Source: Moniliella sp. 'wahieum' (Eukaryota). Taken from it: a DNA stretch of 64,000 nucleotides. This document shows positions 61,408 to 64,000 of this stretch, in pieces. Location of the stretch: the NCBI GenBank assembly GCA_003971905.1, contig RSEE01000073.1, positions 248,001 to 312,000 on the forward strand. Reading direction: 5' to 3'. The notes below the pieces were generated by a model. The model did not search any database, had not been told where the DNA came from, and saw only the letters and a list, made by a program, of their open reading frames with translations. The translations under genes were made by a program, and so were the position numbers. The stretch's first letter is position 1, and the number at the start of each line of letters is the position of its first letter.

Positions 61408-63733
61408 ATGGAGTACACCCACCTCTCCCCGCCCGCCGAGGCCGCCGCGCCGCCGCCATCCGCACCGCCCTCGGCACCGCCCTCGGCATCGCCATCCGCA
61501 CCGCCCTCCGCTTCGGCCGCCGCCGCCGCCTCCACCCCCGCCGACACGCCCGCCATGCTCCACACCGCCGAGCACTGGTCGCGCCACCTGGGCCCCGGCA
61601 AGGCGTGCACGCGCTGCCGCGCACGCAAGCTGCGCTGCTCCGGCACGCGCCCCACCTGCGCCGCCTGCCAGCGCCTCCAGGCCAAGGCCGAGCGCCAGGC
61701 CGAAAAGGCCGGCATGCCTGCGCCCGCGGCTGCCCAGTTCGTCGGCCTGTGCGTGTACGCCGACGACCCCACCCGCCGCCCGCGCCGCCCGCACGCACAT
61801 CCACCCCCGCCCCCGCAGGCAGCCGCGCCGCCTCCACCACGCCCTTTTCCCCCGCCTCCACCGGCACCGCCCTGCCCTCGTCCCAGCCCCCGCTCCCTCC
61901 CCACCACGCCTCCCCCCCCGCCCCCAAACGCGCCCGCACCTCCACCTCCGCCTCCACCTCTGCCTCCAGCGGCCCCTACTCCAACCCCCTCGACTCGCTC
62001 GCTGCCGCCGCCGTCGCCACCAGCGCAGACGCCCCCGTGCCCTCCCCCAGCTTCCTCCCCGTCCCGCTCCTGCCCCTGCCCCTCCCAGGCGCGGGCCCAA
62101 CCAGTCTGGAAGCATGCTTGTTCGCCTGTCTGCCGCCAACGCCTCTGCTCGTCCAGCACCTGCATACCTTTGCTGAGGAATGTTCGTGGCTATGCCCCTG
62201 GACAGCGCCTGCACTGGAGCAACGCGTCTGGGCCAACCCGACAGCCCTGCCGCTCGAGCGTCCAGCCGACGGCCAAGAAGCAGGGGCGCAACCGCCCCAC
62301 CCTTCGCTCTTGTTCGCCATCTTGGCCTGGGTTCACACCCTCCATCCCGACTTGCGCGCCGAGGTGCCGCCCGAGGGCCGAGTGTTGCTCCAAGCTCAAA
62401 CCTTGCTTTCCTCCCGCATTGCGTCTGAGCCTCGGCCGGGCGACGAGTACGCGTGTCTGTGCCAGGCAGGCCTTTCCCTTACTTGTGCTCCCTGTGCGCC
62501 GGCCGGGACGGGGACAACAGAAGGCCCGATTCCCTCCCCCGAGTTTCTCCAACGACGCTCGTCGCGCTGGCGACTGGATTTGCTCCAAGCTCGTGTCTTG
62601 CTGGATCAGTATACGTTTGCCCAGGCGCGCTTGGAGCGTACTTTACTCGAAGCCGGCGCGACGCGTCGTTTGGCTGACACCCTCGCTCTCCCTTGCCCTC
62701 CCCGCCCACCAAACCAGACCGAAGCGCCCGACGCGCTTGAACCTATTGATCTTGCTCTCCTTCTGCCCGGTTGGCTCGACTCGAGTCCGCCTGCCGAGCT
62801 CGATACACCCAAGGCGGAAAGGGACCGAAGTGTTAAGCTGGCTCATGCGTTTGATGCTTCGTTGCCAGCCTATGGCGGTCCCGTGTCCCCCGCTGCACTG
62901 GACCCCTTGCTGTCGTCCCCGCCTGTGCCTAATTCTAGTTCTAGTTCTAATTCCCACGACCTCCTCGACCTCTACCTCGCCTCGATGGCCTTGTTGGGCA
63001 AGATGGGTCAAGCTCCACTGTCCGACCCGGTCCCGACGCCATTACTCAACCACCTTGCCCAGCTCAACGCCGCGCTCCTTGCCCATGCACACCGCCTTCC
63101 TTCCGACCCACTCGTGCGCACCGCCCACCTGGCCCTGCTGGCAGGCGAGATGGTGCTCTACACGCCACTCGGCAGTCGGGCGGGCGAAGCACGCGGCGGT
63201 CGCGCCGGCTTGCTCCGCGCCGTACGCGCCATGGACCGCGCTGTGCCCCTGATCCAAGCTGGCGCAGGCGACGCACCGCTCCACCCCCCTTGGCGGCATG
63301 GTGCGTGACCCAGCTGGCTGCCGGCCTGATCCGCCTAGCTGCCGGTGGAGCGGCCGAGGCGCGGCCTTCGCACGACACGCTCCCCGGCGACGCCGACGCC
63401 GACGCGGGCACGAGCGCGGGCACGACTGCGGGCGCCGATCCGACGCACAGCGCCGACGCCGATGGTGATGCGCAGGGCGAAGCGGCTGCGGTAGCGGGCC
63501 CCCCATCGTCCTGGGGACCCATCTTGTACGTTCTTCTTGCGCCCGAAGACGCAGCGGGGGCAGGCGCGCCAACGCTTGCTCCAAGATACCTTCCAGCTCT
63601 GCTGGCTCTTCCTAGACCAGTATGCTACCCGCTTTGCCTTGGGGCAGGCCGCCAAGCAGGCCCTGCATCGCGTCCTGGAGCAGATGAAGCTCTGAGCAAA
63701 CCCGAGATGGTCGATGCGGGCGCAGGCGGCTGA
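61408..63733 (+). CDS. Zn(II)2Cys6 transcription factor (frameshifted, end approximate)
   Basis: ACTRCRARKLRCSGTRPTCAAC...CVY; body continues in ORFs 61380-63308 and 63290-63733. Confidence 0.85.
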
Positions 63734-64000
63734 GGGCTGAGGCTAGAGAGCGGAGCCTCCGGAGGATGCATGCCACCATACCAGATCAGACGGTTGCTGG
63801 GATAGATACCCGGGGGGCAGGGGGGGGCACGGGCACGAGTAATAAGCCTCATGGGCCTCATGGGGCTCCCTTAGCGGCGCCCACAAGCAAAGGTTATGAG
63901 GGCTGCGGGGCCACAGAGTGGCGCGTGACGCGTGACACGTGACGCGTCGAGTGCGACGACCAACCAGCGAAGCACCAGGCGTGCGAGTGGCGGCGGTGAC

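Noticed and set aside
2088..63733. Frameshifts in most conserved genes, read as pseudogenisation or programmed frameshifting
   Set aside because: They hit essential genes (PRP31, COF1, GPI14, QCR2), are mostly single missing bases, several in homopolymers, and come without other decay. An unpolished long-read consensus is the simplest cause; short-read polishing would settle it.

Overview
GC-rich eukaryotic DNA from a fungus, probably a basidiomycete (short GT-AG introns with CTGAC/CTAAC branch sites, a Zn2Cys6 factor, Zds1, peroxisomal BioF). It holds about 21 protein genes, mostly housekeeping, and two intron-containing tRNA genes. Many conserved genes carry single-base indels, which I read as consensus errors, so CDS boundaries are approximate. 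About 39.8-52.1 kb has no conventional genes: it holds nested solo LTRs, TG...CA fold-back elements with 5-bp target duplications, and two relics of an unknown gene family. Best observations: (1) a recurring intergenic 7-bp insertion signature, a 5-bp duplication plus 2 palindromic nucleotides, seen as real indels between two LTR copies; (2) a perfect 300-bp TG...CA fold-back element and a second one built from LTR ends; (3) an intragenic inversion bounded by a 9-bp inverted repeat; (4) a USP-like gene that appears to lack its catalytic residues.
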